From Takakia lepidozioides (Eukaryota; Plantae; Bryophyta): 64,000 nt of DNA. The first letter of the stretch is position 1. Every line of letters begins with the position of its first letter. This document shows positions 23,857-35,949 of this stretch, piece by piece. The translations under genes and the position numbers were made by a program. The notes beneath the pieces were generated by a model. It worked only from the letters and a program-made list of their open reading frames with translations. It had not been told where the DNA came from and did not search any database. The DNA lies in the NCBI GenBank assembly GCA_030704615.1, contig CM060734.1, positions 18,104,001-18,168,000 of the forward strand, in the 5' to 3' direction.

Positions 23857-25431
23857 TTATTTGTTTCTGGGTTGATGTTCTCTATCCCGTGGTGGATAGT
23901 CATCTCGTGGCCTCTGATAACGATTACCCATATTGTATCGTCTTGGTCCATCCGATCCTCCCCGTCGGACTTGGACTTGGTGTACCCCCACCTCTCGTGT
24001 GTACCCACTCTTCTTGGCCCATTGATTGTAAATACAATGGTTGGTATTATGATTGTTCATATGACAAATATTACAGTATTTGTCTTTCATGTGGCATTCT
24101 GTTGCCAAGTGTCCTACAGTCCCGCATTTGTGACACCATATTGCCTTTCGTGGCCCTTCATCTTTAAACTTCTTGATAGCCTCTGCTATCTTCTGATCCA
24201 AAGTGGTTTTGTCAATCACTTCTTTCTTCTTTTGCTTGGGTTTTTCTTCATCATCAGAGTCTTCTTCTTCTAAGGGATCCTTGGAATCTTTACTTCTGCT
24301 CTGATGAGATCCCAATTCCAATTTCTTTGCAGTTCATACTGCTTCAGCCAAAGTGTTGTTAGGCATGACTGTAACCATGGTTACATATTCAGGACGAAGT
24401 CTGTTGATGAACCATGATTTTTGCAAGTCATCACCTGATGCTTGAGGTAGCTTCCTGATCAGAGTCTTCATTCTCTCCAGGTAGTCAACTACCAATTCTT
24501 TCTTTTTCTGTCTCAAGTTCTGTAATCCTGTGAAGATTTCAGACGTGGATTTGTTGGATCTATATCGTTCTTGGAATGCGGCCCTCATATCCGCCCAATT
24601 TGCAAAGTGATTGGCTGGAAAGGTTGCCAACCATTCAATGTCTTTTCTGGCCATTGAACAAGGAAATAATCGGATCTTTTCCTGGTCTGTTGCTTCATTG
24701 TAAATGGTGCACATGTTCTCAAATTGATTGAGATGGATATCCGGGTCAGATTTCCCATCATATAAAGGAAACGACGGTCTGGTTTTGCTTGCTACTAAAG
24801 CCATTGGTGCTGCTGGTGCAATCGGCTGTCCAAACTGAAATGGTCCCGCTGCTGCTGGCTGTGTTGGTGTTGGGATTGTCAAGACTAGTGGTGTTGTTGG
24901 TGTTTGTCTTCCAAACAATGATTCAAAACTAGGAGGTCCTTGTCCCAATGATAGTCGTCTTCCAGCTGCTATCCCTACTAAGCTTAATAAATCTTTAAAA
25001 GCTTTGAGTGCAGTTCTGGTTATCCTTTCTGGAGAAGTAGTTTCACTTCTCTCACCTTCTTCACTCAAAATAATCTCAAATTTTTCTTCCAATATTTCAG
25101 CAAAACCTCGATTTGGACTTGTTACTGTAGAAGGTCTTTCAGATCTTTCTTGTGGTAACCATGCGCCAAGTGCATTACTTGCAACTCCTTCTGGTGTAGT
25201 GTTCTCACTTTCTAGAGATCCGATTTCCTGATCTTCTGGTTTATCAATGTCAGTTTGTCTTGATGCCTCACCTTGAATAATATTCAAGTTTTGTAATTCC
25301 GGGAACTCTTTTCTCAACCGAGCTTCCCTTTCTGTAGCATATTTCTCTATTCTTTCAGCTCTGTCTTTCTTAGCTTTTTCCTTATTTTCCTCATTCATTC
25401 CCACATCATATACAAAATTCCTTTTCAGCAC
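23857..25431 (-). pseudogene. Retrotransposon gag with two CCHC knuckles
   Basis: YDGKSDPDIHLNQFE..KIRLFPCS..W (gag); CHKCGTVGHLATEC and CNICHMNNHNTNHC; in-frame stop at ~24334. Confidence 0.88.
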
Positions 25432-26009
25432 CCTTTAATAAGCCTTGGTATGTCAGTAAAGAAAATTATAGTGGTCTCTACCCTTTCTCCAAGATTTACA
25501 TCATCTTGCCAGAATCCGTATCACGACTTAATTTTCCTTTACTGATTGATCACCAATCTTTTAATGGGCACAATAATACCATTTGTCTTTCTCAGTGTAT
25601 CTGACTTGTAACAAGTCTTTGGGTATCCAGTACTCTACTGCTTCTATGATCATATGACAATATTCATAATTTGAACATCCTTCCCTAGAAATATAACTAG
25701 TGTAGCAAACTATTCTGATTGGGATTAGAGTAATCAATAAAGCTAGACGAGACAACCATTCTTTACTTCTGATTCTACATTCCCAAGGTGCTCGTGTAAT
25801 ACTGATCACTCCTCCCTTTAATCCCCATTTGTCATCTTCTTTCGCAATTGAAAGAAAGATCTTATGTTGTATTGCTACTAGTAAGCCATGAAATTTTTCC
25901 AGGAATGCTTTCCATTCCTCTGCTTCCGTTGACTCGTTCTTTTGTGATTTCAAGAAATCACTGAGTAGCCATCCTTCCTTGAGTTCACTTGAACTCAACA
26001 TACCGTTAG

Positions 26010-26027
26010 TCCCCAGTATGGTCGCCA
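26010..26027 (-). promoter_or_regulatory. Primer binding site (tRNA-Arg-like)
   Basis: TGGCGACCATACTGGGGA 2 nt inside the 5' LTR end. Confidence 0.75.
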
Positions 26028-26029
26028 AA

Positions 26030-26839
26030 TGTTAACCGCTGGTTTATGACTTAGACAAAATAGGCTCTCAACTCTACAGCCCATTTCCGAAGACATGCAA
26101 CAGAGGTTGTCCGACGGTATGCCTTCTGAAACGATTACAGAGTAATTGTTTGAAAGATAGCTAACCCCCGGTAGTTGTATGAATCAACATTTCGGCAGGT
26201 TGCTTAATCCTATTAATTAAGTCCAACCCGCAGTCTCATCGTCTAAAAAGGTCTTAGTCGGAAAGGCTGGAGCCTCTTTGTTCATACAATTATACAGTAT
26301 TCAAGACAACAAGATCCATTCTGAGATGATACACATTCTCACCATCTCACGTTATCTCATAATGCACATTCTCTCCATCTCACGTTCACTCTACACAGAG
26401 ATACTTGGAATAGCATGGCTTTACTTCAGATTTCATTACATCATAGCATAAGTACACATCGAATCACTCTGAGTCCACTGGATACACACTGATCACTGAT
26501 ACCTTCTAAGTTGCGTGCAACCCTTTTAAACTATGCTCAAAAGAGCCGTTACAGCATGTAGTCATTAATGACCGTTGCCTAACTGCCTACACAACCTAAA
26601 GGGTTTGCCAAAAAGTGGCTCGTGGTAGTGGTCGTGACTTGTGGTCGTGTCCAAAGTTCGTACACGGTCCACGGCCCTTCACTACTTCCTCTATTAGTAA
26701 AGCCTATGCTACCATGGCCGTGTGACACTTAGCCTTTTCTGCCCGTGACCGGGTAGTGTAAGCCAATCACTACCCGGTATGTCCCATCGTGACTCTCGCT
26801 GCCTGGCCCTCGTAGTTGTGTCATACTTAGCCGTTACCA
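26030..26839 (-). repeat. 5' LTR of Athila/Tat-like element
   Basis: Homologous to 18843-19736; ends ...GCGGTTAACA before the PBS. Confidence 0.9.
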
Positions 26840-27035
26840 GAGATCCACTCCATCGATCTTGCAAATGGTGAAGTTGTCACGTCCCTCCTAACTCCCCAGC
26901 TGAAGAGGAACATCGAACGCCACCCTCATTGCCAGTTGTGGTTCTCCTTTGGCAAAACGCACCTCAATAGAGGCCCCCACATCACTTGTCGGGAGCCCCA
27001 GCTTCCGTGCCGTTGTGTATTCCCACCACTCATAC

Positions 27036-27526
27036 TGTCGCAGCCCTTTACCTTGAGGGCGGGGGGCCGGGACACAAGAGGGGCTGCCCTTGTGGTGGGG
27101 GCAGTGGCAGCGAATAGGAAAGGGGGCTGAAGCACCCTTGAGTGCCAAGGGCACTTAAGGAGGCGGAGGCACTCACTAGGTGGAGCCCCGCAAACCGGGT
27201 TGCGGTGGTGGGGGCTCCACGGGGGGGGGGGGGGTAGCGTAGGGAGTCATAGTGGGGGTGGCATAGCACTCACCATGAGGCTGAGGCCTTGTGGTGGGAG
27301 TCGTGGGGAGTCTTGGGACTCACCGCGGTCCATTTGGGGCCGTGGTGGGTGGGCCAAGACTCACCGCGACTCACTGAGGAAGGTTGAGGGTCTAAGTGGT
27401 GGTGCACCAGATTTGGACTTGGCTACTTGTGGAACCCCCGTGGACACCTACAGAAGTATATATAGGGAGCAGTACCCCGAGAATGGTGCAAGCCCGTTGG
27501 TGTCTACCAAATTGAGGTGCACGACA
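27036..27526 (+). repeat. 5' LTR of the chromovirus (internal ~230-bp deletion), inverted relative to its pol
   Basis: TGTCGCAG...GCACGACA; homologous to 2989-3709; preceded by CATAC and followed by a PBS. Confidence 0.88.
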
Positions 27527-27528
27527 CT

Positions 27529-27540
27529 TGGTGTCAGAGC
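27529..27540 (+). promoter_or_regulatory. Primer binding site (tRNA-iMet type)
   Basis: TGGTGTCAGAGC, one mismatch to the canonical TGGTATCAGAGC, 2 nt after the LTR. Confidence 0.8.
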
Positions 27541-27552
27541 TTAGAATTCAGT

Positions 27553-28778
27553 ATGCGATCGTCCTTGAGACCGAAGCGGCAAATGGAAGAGGCGCTTTAT
27601 GCTTCTGAAAGCGAGGCCGCTCAAGAACGGGCGGAATCTGGGGAGTTGGAGCCCGAGGACTTCCTAAAGGCTCTGCGAGACCAACAGATGTCTCCCATGC
27701 CAGCAGCCTTTTGGGAAGGGTTGTTGGCGCAGTTTGGCGGGACATTGAAAGACGTGATGAGGGCGGCTAATGCCACTTCCACTAAGGCAAAGTTTAAGGT
27801 GAAGCCTAAGGAACCTGACACCTTTGAGGGCATCCGAAATTAGAAGGCACTCAACACCTGACTCTTGGAGCTGGAGCAGTACTTTTGGGCGGCCAAGTTA
27901 AGTGACGAGGATCGGGTGGAAGTGGCTCCCATCTATTTGAGGGGCTATGCTCAACAATGGTGGCAGAAGCGCCTTCATGACCAAGGGCCAAACCCAGAAA
28001 CTTAGTTGAGTTGGAGTGGGTTCAAGGAACTTATGAAAAGACAGTTTGTGCCTCTCAACGCGTCCTGGCTCCAGGGATAAGATGAGGAATTTGAAGCAAA
28101 TGGATGACATTCGGGGATATGTTCAGGCTTTCAATGTGTTTTTGCTCGAAATAGCGGATATGGCGGAACCAAAAATGGTTTTCAACTTTGTGGCGGGACT
28201 GGCCCCATGGGCCAGGCGGAAGTTGGAGGAGAGGCCACCAAAGACTTTGAACGCGAAAAGGGCTGAATGTTTTCTCGGATGTCCCTAGGGGCAAAAGACA
28301 GTGTCGTACGGAGCTGAACCACAAGAAGGTCCGGCAAGATGGTGACTCCTTCCGACCGGAAAAGAAGTGGGATAGGCCACGCGGCAACAATGGCGCATGG
28401 AAATCAAAGGGAGGTCCTTCGCACATCAAGGCGGCACCCAGTGCTCCGAAAGGAAAATCAAGTGCGTCGGCTCATGGCGGATAGAAGGCGACCTTTGATG
28501 GGGTGTGCTTTAAATGCGGGGAGCTCGGGCACATGACCAAGAAGTGCTTGAAACCCCGACAGTTGAACATGACTCGGGCGACCACGGAGCTGTTCGAAGA
28601 ATCCATCAGCCGCTTGGTGGAGGCGGTGGTCGCCAAGACTTGCAAGGTAGGCAACTACTCTTGCGAGTTGTATCAGGAGACGGGAGCTTTGCGTAAAGGG
28701 AGTCAGTTGATGTTTGTGAGCGGGATAATTTCCGGAACTAACATGTCGTTGTTGGTGGACACAGGAGCGTCGCACTCC
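27553..28778 (+). pseudogene. Chromovirus gag + zinc knuckle + protease N-terminus
   Basis: KPKEPDTFEG gag motif; CFKCGELGHMTKKC; LLVDTGASHS, truncated immediately after. Confidence 0.88.
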
Positions 28779-28959
28779 TTATCTTACATTTTGTGAATAT
28801 GTCCAAATCTTAAACCCTAAACCCTAAAGAGGTGGTTGCGTATGCAACACCCATTCGGTCAACATGTTCTCTTATTAATTTTTCATTTGACTAGGGGTGT
28901 TGCGCACGCTACACCCATATATTCGCATATCCGCCCGGGTGAGACCTTAACACTCTCCA

Positions 28960-30190
28960 GAACGGAAATGCGGTAACGCATTTCCATCCAGCAAGCACGG
29001 TATGTGAAGGTGGAATGGAAATGCGGTACCGCATTTCCGTTCTGATTGAGAATTATGAACAACGGGAACTGAAATGCGGCACCGCATTTCCGTCCGAGTC
29101 GCACTTTCCGACATTCCAGAACGGAAATGCGGCGCCGCATTTCCCTTTTGTATCTGATGCATGGAGCCGAGTGCAATTCCGACCGGTTGAGACATTCATA
29201 CTATCCAGAACGGAAATGCGGTGCCGCATTTCTGTTCTGACTGAAAATCGTGAACCATCGGAACTGAAATGCGGCAGCGCATTTCCATCCGAGTCGCACC
29301 TCCCAACATTCCAGAACGCAAATGCGGCACCGCATTTCCGTTCTGATGAAAAATCGTGAAACATCGGAACTGAAATGCGGTACCGCATTTCCGTCGGAGT
29401 CGCACCTTCCGACATTCCAAAACGGAAATGCGGCGCTGCATTACCGTTTTGTATGTGAGGCATGGAGCTGTGGAACGAAAATGCGGCACCGCATTTCCGC
29501 CAGGGTCAGACCTTAATACTCTACAGAACAGAAATGCGGTACCGCATTTCCGTTCTGACTGAAAATCGTGAACAACGGGAACAGAAATGCGGCTCCGCAT
29601 TTCCGTCCGAGTCGCACCTTCCGACATTCTCGAACGGAAATGCGGCGCCGCATTTCCGTTTCGTATACGAGGCCTGGAGCTGTGGGACGGAAATGTGGTG
29701 CCGCATTTCCATCCATGTGAGACCTTCAAACTTTCCAGACAGGAAATGCGGCACCGCATTTCTGTTCAGGTGAGACCTCTATACTTTCCCGAACGGAAAT
29801 GTGGAACGGCATTTCCGTTCATGAACTAAGGTATGTGAAGGGGGAACGGAAATGCGGTACCGTATTTCGATTCAGATTGAAAATCATGAACCATGGGAAC
29901 TGAAATGTTGTGCCGCATTTCCGTCCGAATCGCACCTTTCGACATTCTTGAACGGAAATGCGGCGCCGCATTTCCCTTTTGTATCTCACATGGAGCTGTG
30001 GGACGGAAATGCGGCACCGTATTTCCGTTCAACAACTAAGGTATGTGAAGGTGGAACAGAAATGCGGTGCCGCATTTTCTTCCAACAAGTACGGATGTGT
30101 AGGCTTCGTGATGGTACTTAACGGAAATGCGGCGCCGCATTCGCATTTTCACTCCAACTCATCAGACGCTGGGACGGAAATGCCTTGAAA
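28960..30190. repeat. Array of ~22 palindromes GGAAATGCGG-NN-CCGCATTTCC at ~53-bp period with recurring spacer types
   Basis: Copies at ~28965, 29017, 29070, 29123, 29212, 29266, 29318, 29372, 29424, 29477, 29531, 29584, 29636, 29689, 29742, 29795, 29849, 29902, 29954, 30005, 30059 and 30123. Confidence 0.92.
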
Positions 30191-30762
30191 TGTGAACACG
30201 TGGAGCAACAGAATTGCGGCACATGTCTGCACTCTATCTGACTGAAGTGGCATGAGGCGGCGCGGCCTGACCGTTGGATAATGATGTTTGTTTTTTCGGA
30301 CGGCAGGCGTACCCTGAACGATTCGAATTTCGTAATGACGCAAAGTCCACGAGGAGACACTTTCGTCCAACCCTTTCGAACCCAAGTGGTGCATCACCCG
30401 CCGTTTCATCTACTTTTGTCGTGTCTCCTCAGTCACCCCTCTCGCGCCCTTTCCATCTGCACTCTTTGCCCCTTTTCCCTGTCTCTGTTCTTCTTATGCT
30501 CGAACCTGAGAGGGGGGAGTTCGTGCACCATACAGGAGACCTCGTCGCAAGCTCCGAAAATTATACTTCGGACGTAGGCCAATGCCGAAGGGGAGGAAGC
30601 AGATGCATCTACAGGAAGAGATTGCCATCTCCGAGCAGCAGGCCACTCAGGCAACCCAGCCACCAGTGAGAGCTCCATGCGATCGGGCTGCGCGCAGCTG
30701 ATCGAGCACCGAACCCCCCATTTTGCTTCTGTAATTCTTAGACTGAATGCTAGGAGACTTAA

Positions 30763-33700
30763 ATGCAGAACATGTTTGCACGCCTAACAGGAAAGGTGGA
30801 CGTGCTGGAGGGATCGCAGGAATCCGAAGAGCCGCAGGAAGAGTGCGAGGAGCTAGCTGCAGCACGTACACCCACCCGATCCCCGAGCGCGGGTATTCCT
30901 GCCGGGCCTAGCCCTGTACGTTTCAAAGACGCGGCTTCGAAGGGCAAGTTCAAAGCCCCAGAGATCGACTCGCGTTCTTCGGTCATGGAGAATCGCCAGC
31001 AGGGGTCGGGCCCTTCTCCAGCAAAGTCGAAGAAGAAGCAGCCCGTCCCTCTACTGGTTTCTGAACCGGCTCAGGCCGCTTCACCCCCCCCCACGCGAAT
31101 GAAGCAGCCTGGTAAAAGACAGATTCAGTTGCAGCAGACACCTTCACCTGCAAGGATGAGGAAGCAGAAGGCAATCAGGGCGACGGCCGAACAATCTCCC
31201 GCAAAACCGCTTCCACGAGCTGAAGCTCAGTTCCTGGAAGATTTCCCGCCTACAGATGTTGGGGCCGACTCTGCTGCAGCGAAGGCAATGGGATCGACCG
31301 TTTCTGTCGATTTGGTACCGGAGGAGGGTGCTGCCGCTCAACGTTCGCAGCAAGACCTCACCACCGATGAGCAAGCAGGCCCGGAGGAGGCCTCTGCAAT
31401 GGCAGAATTGCCCGCAGACAGGCCCCAGAGTGCAGCTCCAGTTGAGGATGCTCCAGCTGCTCAGCCACTACCGGCACCTACAGACATGTCTCCAGAGGAT
31501 TTCAAAAGTGCAGCGGATAAAATGTTGGAGGAGACACACAGTAGCATTGGGAGTTCTGGGCAGCAGGGTATTCCAGCGGACTCTTCGAATCCCACTCTGT
31601 CGCATGGTCTCCCTTCCCATCGTCAGGCAGGCCCTTCCCGGAGATGTGGATAAGCTCAAGTTCGCATTTTGAGAAGAGTACCGTCTGGGATCGGCAGCGT
31701 TTTACGTTTCCATTGAGAATGAGGACGGCGAAACTCGTGGACCCACTGCCGATGAATTGTCAACGTGGGATACCCACTGGCACACTCGCAACCACGAATT
31801 CGAGGCGACGCTGAAGGGTGATCCAGACTTCGGCCATATGTCGGGTAAAATGTTCTTTGTGTGAGACGGGAATCACCGACTTCTTGCCTGGTGGGAGTAC
31901 ATCAAGCAGAACCATGCCAAGCACATTGGCTGGCATTACATGGTGGAGTGTGTCATCCTCAAGATGAAGGCGGCAGACTCTTCCCTGCTCAAGAATGCCA
32001 TGGCGGACCTCAACTCGTAAGATACTCATATCCTCCCTAGCACGTTCGAAATGCGGTGCCGCATTTCGGTTTCCAATCTGGTTTGTTTCCGTGCTTCCGT
32101 GTACTGAACTGGAGAGTGTGCCTTGCAGGGTCACGGAGAATGCGTACGTGCATACCCACATGGCACATATGCTGTACAAGGTGAGGAAAACTGGTCTCAC
32201 TGATCCGCAGATGTTTGCGGAAATGCTGGAGCCCGAGCTCATTCAGAAAGCCGTTGCAAAAACAGACCGGACATGGTATCGTCTCACTATGGATGGAATG
32301 GTGGAGGTGATATACGAAGTAAGTCGTCCTCCGATTTCCCTCTGCTCATCCTTCCCCCAATTTCCAGTAATCTTTCCACATGAATCGAATGTAACTCTTC
32401 TGCATGTTTTTGTTGGCAGTCAAACATCAAGCTGGATTTGGCCCATGCCAAACGCTTCTTCATGGAAAGTGAGGGGCAGGTGAAAACGTTGCAGTCATTG
32501 ACTGAGCACTTGAAGGAAACCAGTATCAAGTCCAGAACCAAATACAAGTCAAAGCTTGTGAAGCTGGTGGCAATTGCAGATCCGGCACTTGGAAAGGACT
32601 TCATCCCCGAGATTGCAAAACACTATTCTTGGGCCATGCAGCCGACCATGCAATTGGAGAAACTGCATCACCTCTCAACGGCATGTGTTGAGGCAAAAGA
32701 GAAGGTGAGGTTTCAATGCACTGAAGTTCCTTCCTAGCAATAGCCACTCTCTTCCAGCTCCTGACATTGGATCGGAAATGGCAGACACGGTGGCTGTCGA
32801 TCTGGAATGCATCCGAGAGCATAAGGACAATGTGGTCTTTTCCACTGGAAGTTTCCGACCCTGCAGTGGATGTGTGGCTCAACCGCATGACTTGGTGGTT
32901 CCAGGTAATTCAAGGTACTTCCCCAGATTTGCTTTCTGAAATGAATTCCCTGAACTGCTACGTGACAATGCATTTGGGAATCGCAGGTAATGTGGAATGC
33001 GAAGGAGCAAGTCGTAATGCACACAAATTTGTTCGGCTTGTACGTCAAATGGGATGGAACACAGACATTGGAAGACTACGTGACACGTTTCAGATGTGCG
33101 TACAAGGACAACCTTTTCGCCAGAGAGAGCTACAGACAGCAAGAAGGAGCGTGGAGTTTATACATCAGGAGGGAGCGGGGAAAGCTGTAATGCGAATTGT
33201 TTACAGGTGAAGCACAGCTGCCCTTGTATGTGAAGCCTGGTTATGAGGTTTGTCTCCGAAATGCGGCACCGCATTCGCATTTTATGTTTTCGGTGGCACT
33301 CTGCGAGTAGGTTCGTCCAATCTTATGCTCACGCATGCAGACTGCCTTGCAGGTATATGAAATACGTGCTCCTTCAGACAGGGGCCCTGGCTCAAGAGCC
33401 CCCGTTCTTCATGCTTGGACCGTGGCGGGCCCAAGCTGTCTACACACCCGAGATGCAGAACAATGGCATCCCGCGCATCTCGTACCCTGATACCTGGATA
33501 TGTCTGGCGGTATTGTTGACGAGTCTGAGAAATCTGCACGCCTTGGCAGAAGAGAAGAGAAAGGAAAGACGTGTCCCTGCTTGGCCAAAGTCGGCAAAGG
33601 AATCTGCTGCTCTGGAAGAATCCAGAAAGGCAGCTGAGATGGCACAAAAGACGGTGGATGCAGCTGTGCAGGCCCAACAGAAGGGGTCGAAGAAGCGGAC

Positions 33701-34150
33701 TCACCAGCAAGGAGCAGCTGTTGTGACACCCGCCAAAACGAAGAAGCAGAAACAACCTGTTCGGGAAGAGGGTGAGGAAGAGGACTCCGATGGAGACTTT
33801 GCAACCAGCCCACCCCCCCAAACACAGGCTGCCTCCCCTATGCCTACCGTTGTCACGAGAGGCACGAGAACTGGCTCGGCAAAGAAGGCACTCTTCAACC
33901 CCCCAGGGGGGCACCCTTTCGAGCCGGTGGAAATGAAGAGGCCGAAAGTGGCTCCCGAAACAGTAGTCCAGTGTGTAAATGAGAGTTTCTTGGCGGCTTT
34001 GGATGGACGGGCAGCCAAGTTGGCATACATGAAGACCATGGAGGGTCTAAAGGGCAGAGCACTGAAGAAGGCGACTGCCGAAGAGCCTTCCGACACCCCA
34101 GGATTTCAGAATATGGTCTCGTTCTTTGAGAGGGTGTGTGCAGACAAGGA
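30763..34150 (+). pseudogene. Second ParB/Srx-like cargo gene (homolog of 5690-10902), spliced, 3' truncated before any methyltransferase domain
   Basis: Disordered N-terminus, then IPLCRMV..VRQALPGDVDKL..FYVS..V*DGNHRLLAW (DGNHR at 31865-31879); GT-AG introns 32017-32128, 32319-32419, 32705-32757 and 33207-33352; KSKLVKLVAIADPALG and RYMKYVL..EP..YTP segments match the first copy. Confidence 0.8.
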
Positions 34151-34155
34151 TTGTA

Positions 34156-35515
34156 GGGGCAAGGAAACATGCGTCTTCTTTGGGAGTTCACGTGCTAGTG
34201 CGCACCTGGCGCGTGCGCGTACTATAACTGCGCTACCAAGGTGGTTGCCTTGTAGTGCGGGCTAACGCGGAAGCTACGTGCTTCCGTTCACGTACTATAA
34301 TCGTGTAGCCTCGGGACGAAGTCGTAGTGCGGCTTCGACATTTTCCCGTACCTCAGGCCAGCATTCCAAGGCGGACCCAATTGTAGTGATTGGGGCGCAC
34401 GGTTGGTTCAAGGTTATCTTCCTAGTCAAAGAGGGTTCAAGGTGAACCCTTGCTCAAGGTGATGCCCAAAGCGGCATCACGAGCGGTCGCAAGCAATGTT
34501 GTTGCAGTAAGGCGATTCGATCCTCGGGGAGGATCGTTCCTTGGCCTTGAAGTAGGCCAAAGAGTGCACTGGGAGGAGCTGGAGAGGCTCCACCCTTGGC
34601 CGGGACTTGGAGGAAGTCGGCCGAACTAGCTAGTGGAGAGTGGAGTCAAGTGTGGGGTTTGGTTCTTTGCCATGGGACGCCATGGTACGGAAACAAACTC
34701 CTTGATGTGGGACGCCACAACTTGGATGTTCGTTTCTACAAAATGGACAAGTCGATGAGGACATCGACTCCCTGTTTGGTAGGGGTGTGTGTCGCGGCCC
34801 TTTGCCTTGAGGGCAGGGGGTCGGGACACATGAGGGGCTGCCCCTGTGGTGGGGGCAGCGGCAGCGATAGGTATGGGGGGCTGAAGCACCCTTGAGTGCC
34901 CAAGGCACTCAAGGAGGCGGAGGCGCTCACTAGGTGGAGCCCCGCACACCGGGTTGCGGTGGGGGTGGCTCCACAAGAGGTGGTGGTAGCTTAGCGGGAC
35001 TTAGTGGGGGTGGCATAGGACTCACCATGGGGGCGGAGACCTCGTGGTGGGAGTCATGGGGAGTCTTGGGACTCATCACGGTCCATAGGGGCCGTGGTGA
35101 GCGGGCCAAGACTCACCGCGACCCATCACCGGGAGTCGAGGGTTTTCGTGGTGGTTCGCCATAAAATGGCATGGTTGGTTGTGAAACCCCCGCGGAGAGC
35201 TACAGAAGTATATATAGGGAGTAGTAACCCCGAGAACGGTGCAAGCCCGTTGGTGACCAAAAACTAGTGAGTAAGCGTGCGAGCCGGAAAGCGACCAAAG
35301 AGTGGGGAGCTGTTCCGGACTGCCATCTACCAAAGGGAATTCCTCTAGGCCCAAAGGGGTGGAGGGTTTAGTGGGAAGCGAAGGGGGGACCGTTATGTCC
35401 CGGTGAGCAGCCGAAGCTCCAAGTTGGTCCAGCGGCCAGGTTGGGAGTCAGGCGCGCGCATCAAAGCGAGTAATTATGACTTGAAGGGGAGCTTACCGAG
35501 GTGAGGTGCGCGACA
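34156..35515 (+). mobile_element. 3' fragment (3' UTR + PPT + 3' LTR 34790-35515) of another copy of the chromovirus family
   Basis: Reverse-complement homology to 15372-15503 joined to 2989-4221; LTR TGTCGCGG...GCGCGACA. Confidence 0.9.
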
Positions 35516-35949
35516 GTGAAACTAGCTAGGAAATAACTAGTTGTTACGTATTGAGTTTGCCCAAGTATCAATCTAGGGCCCAAAGTTAATAATGGGCCCT
35601 GGGGGGAGTTATCTTCGCGACAGAAGCGGTGAGGCTCATATCTCTCGAGTTGAGCCTCACCACGTCTGGCAGCTTAGCTATGGCATTGTGTACTGTGGAT
35701 TCCCCAGAGCCTTGGGGTGCAGTGGGCTTAACCAAGTATGAGTGATTTTTGGAGTTTCATTATTTGTTGTGGCAGACTAGTGTGTGGTGTGCATATGTAA
35801 TGTGTGGATTTGACAACGATTTAGTTGTGTGGTGATATGTATGCGCATGACATAGTGCTTGACAGAGATTTCACAGAAGTAGTTCTTTAATGAGATTAGG
35901 GGATGACAACTTACTTGTGTAGAGAGAGTAGCGAGAAGAAAGTAATGCG

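Larger units (their letters stand above)
18843..26839 (-). mobile_element. Non-chromovirus (Athila/Tat-like) Ty3/Gypsy LTR element, internally deleted (most of RT, and RH and IN, missing)
   Basis: Direct LTRs 18843-~19736 and 26030-26839; 5-bp TSD GAGAT (18838-18842, 26840-26844); PBS TGGCGACCATACTGGGGA; PPT AAAAGAGGGGGGG at ~19737-19749; gag, two zinc knuckles, PR and RT start. Confidence 0.92.
2989..28778 (-). mobile_element. Chromodomain-bearing Ty3/Gypsy (chromovirus-like) element, interrupted by two nested insertions, with its 5' LTR-gag-PR(N) block inverted
   Basis: PR(C) ~27020-26845 rejoins at ~18842 as DGVDLILGM; RT (YIDDIL), RH (IHTDAS), integrase (ECHD..GH..CTTCQ), GPF motif and chromodomain YEVEAVL..EYLVK at 15830-18840; shared TSD CATAC at 2984-2988 (minus) and 27031-27035 (plus). 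Confidence 0.88.

Noticed and set aside
28960-30190. CRISPR array (palindromic repeat + ~30-bp spacers)
   Set aside because: Spacers recur as a few related types, there are no cas genes, the context is eukaryotic and spliced, and the motif also appears singly in introns
28883-30409. Many short ORFs with repeated EMRxRIS / NGNAAPHF / KCGTAF peptides
   Set aside because: Translation artefacts of the palindromic array in all six frames
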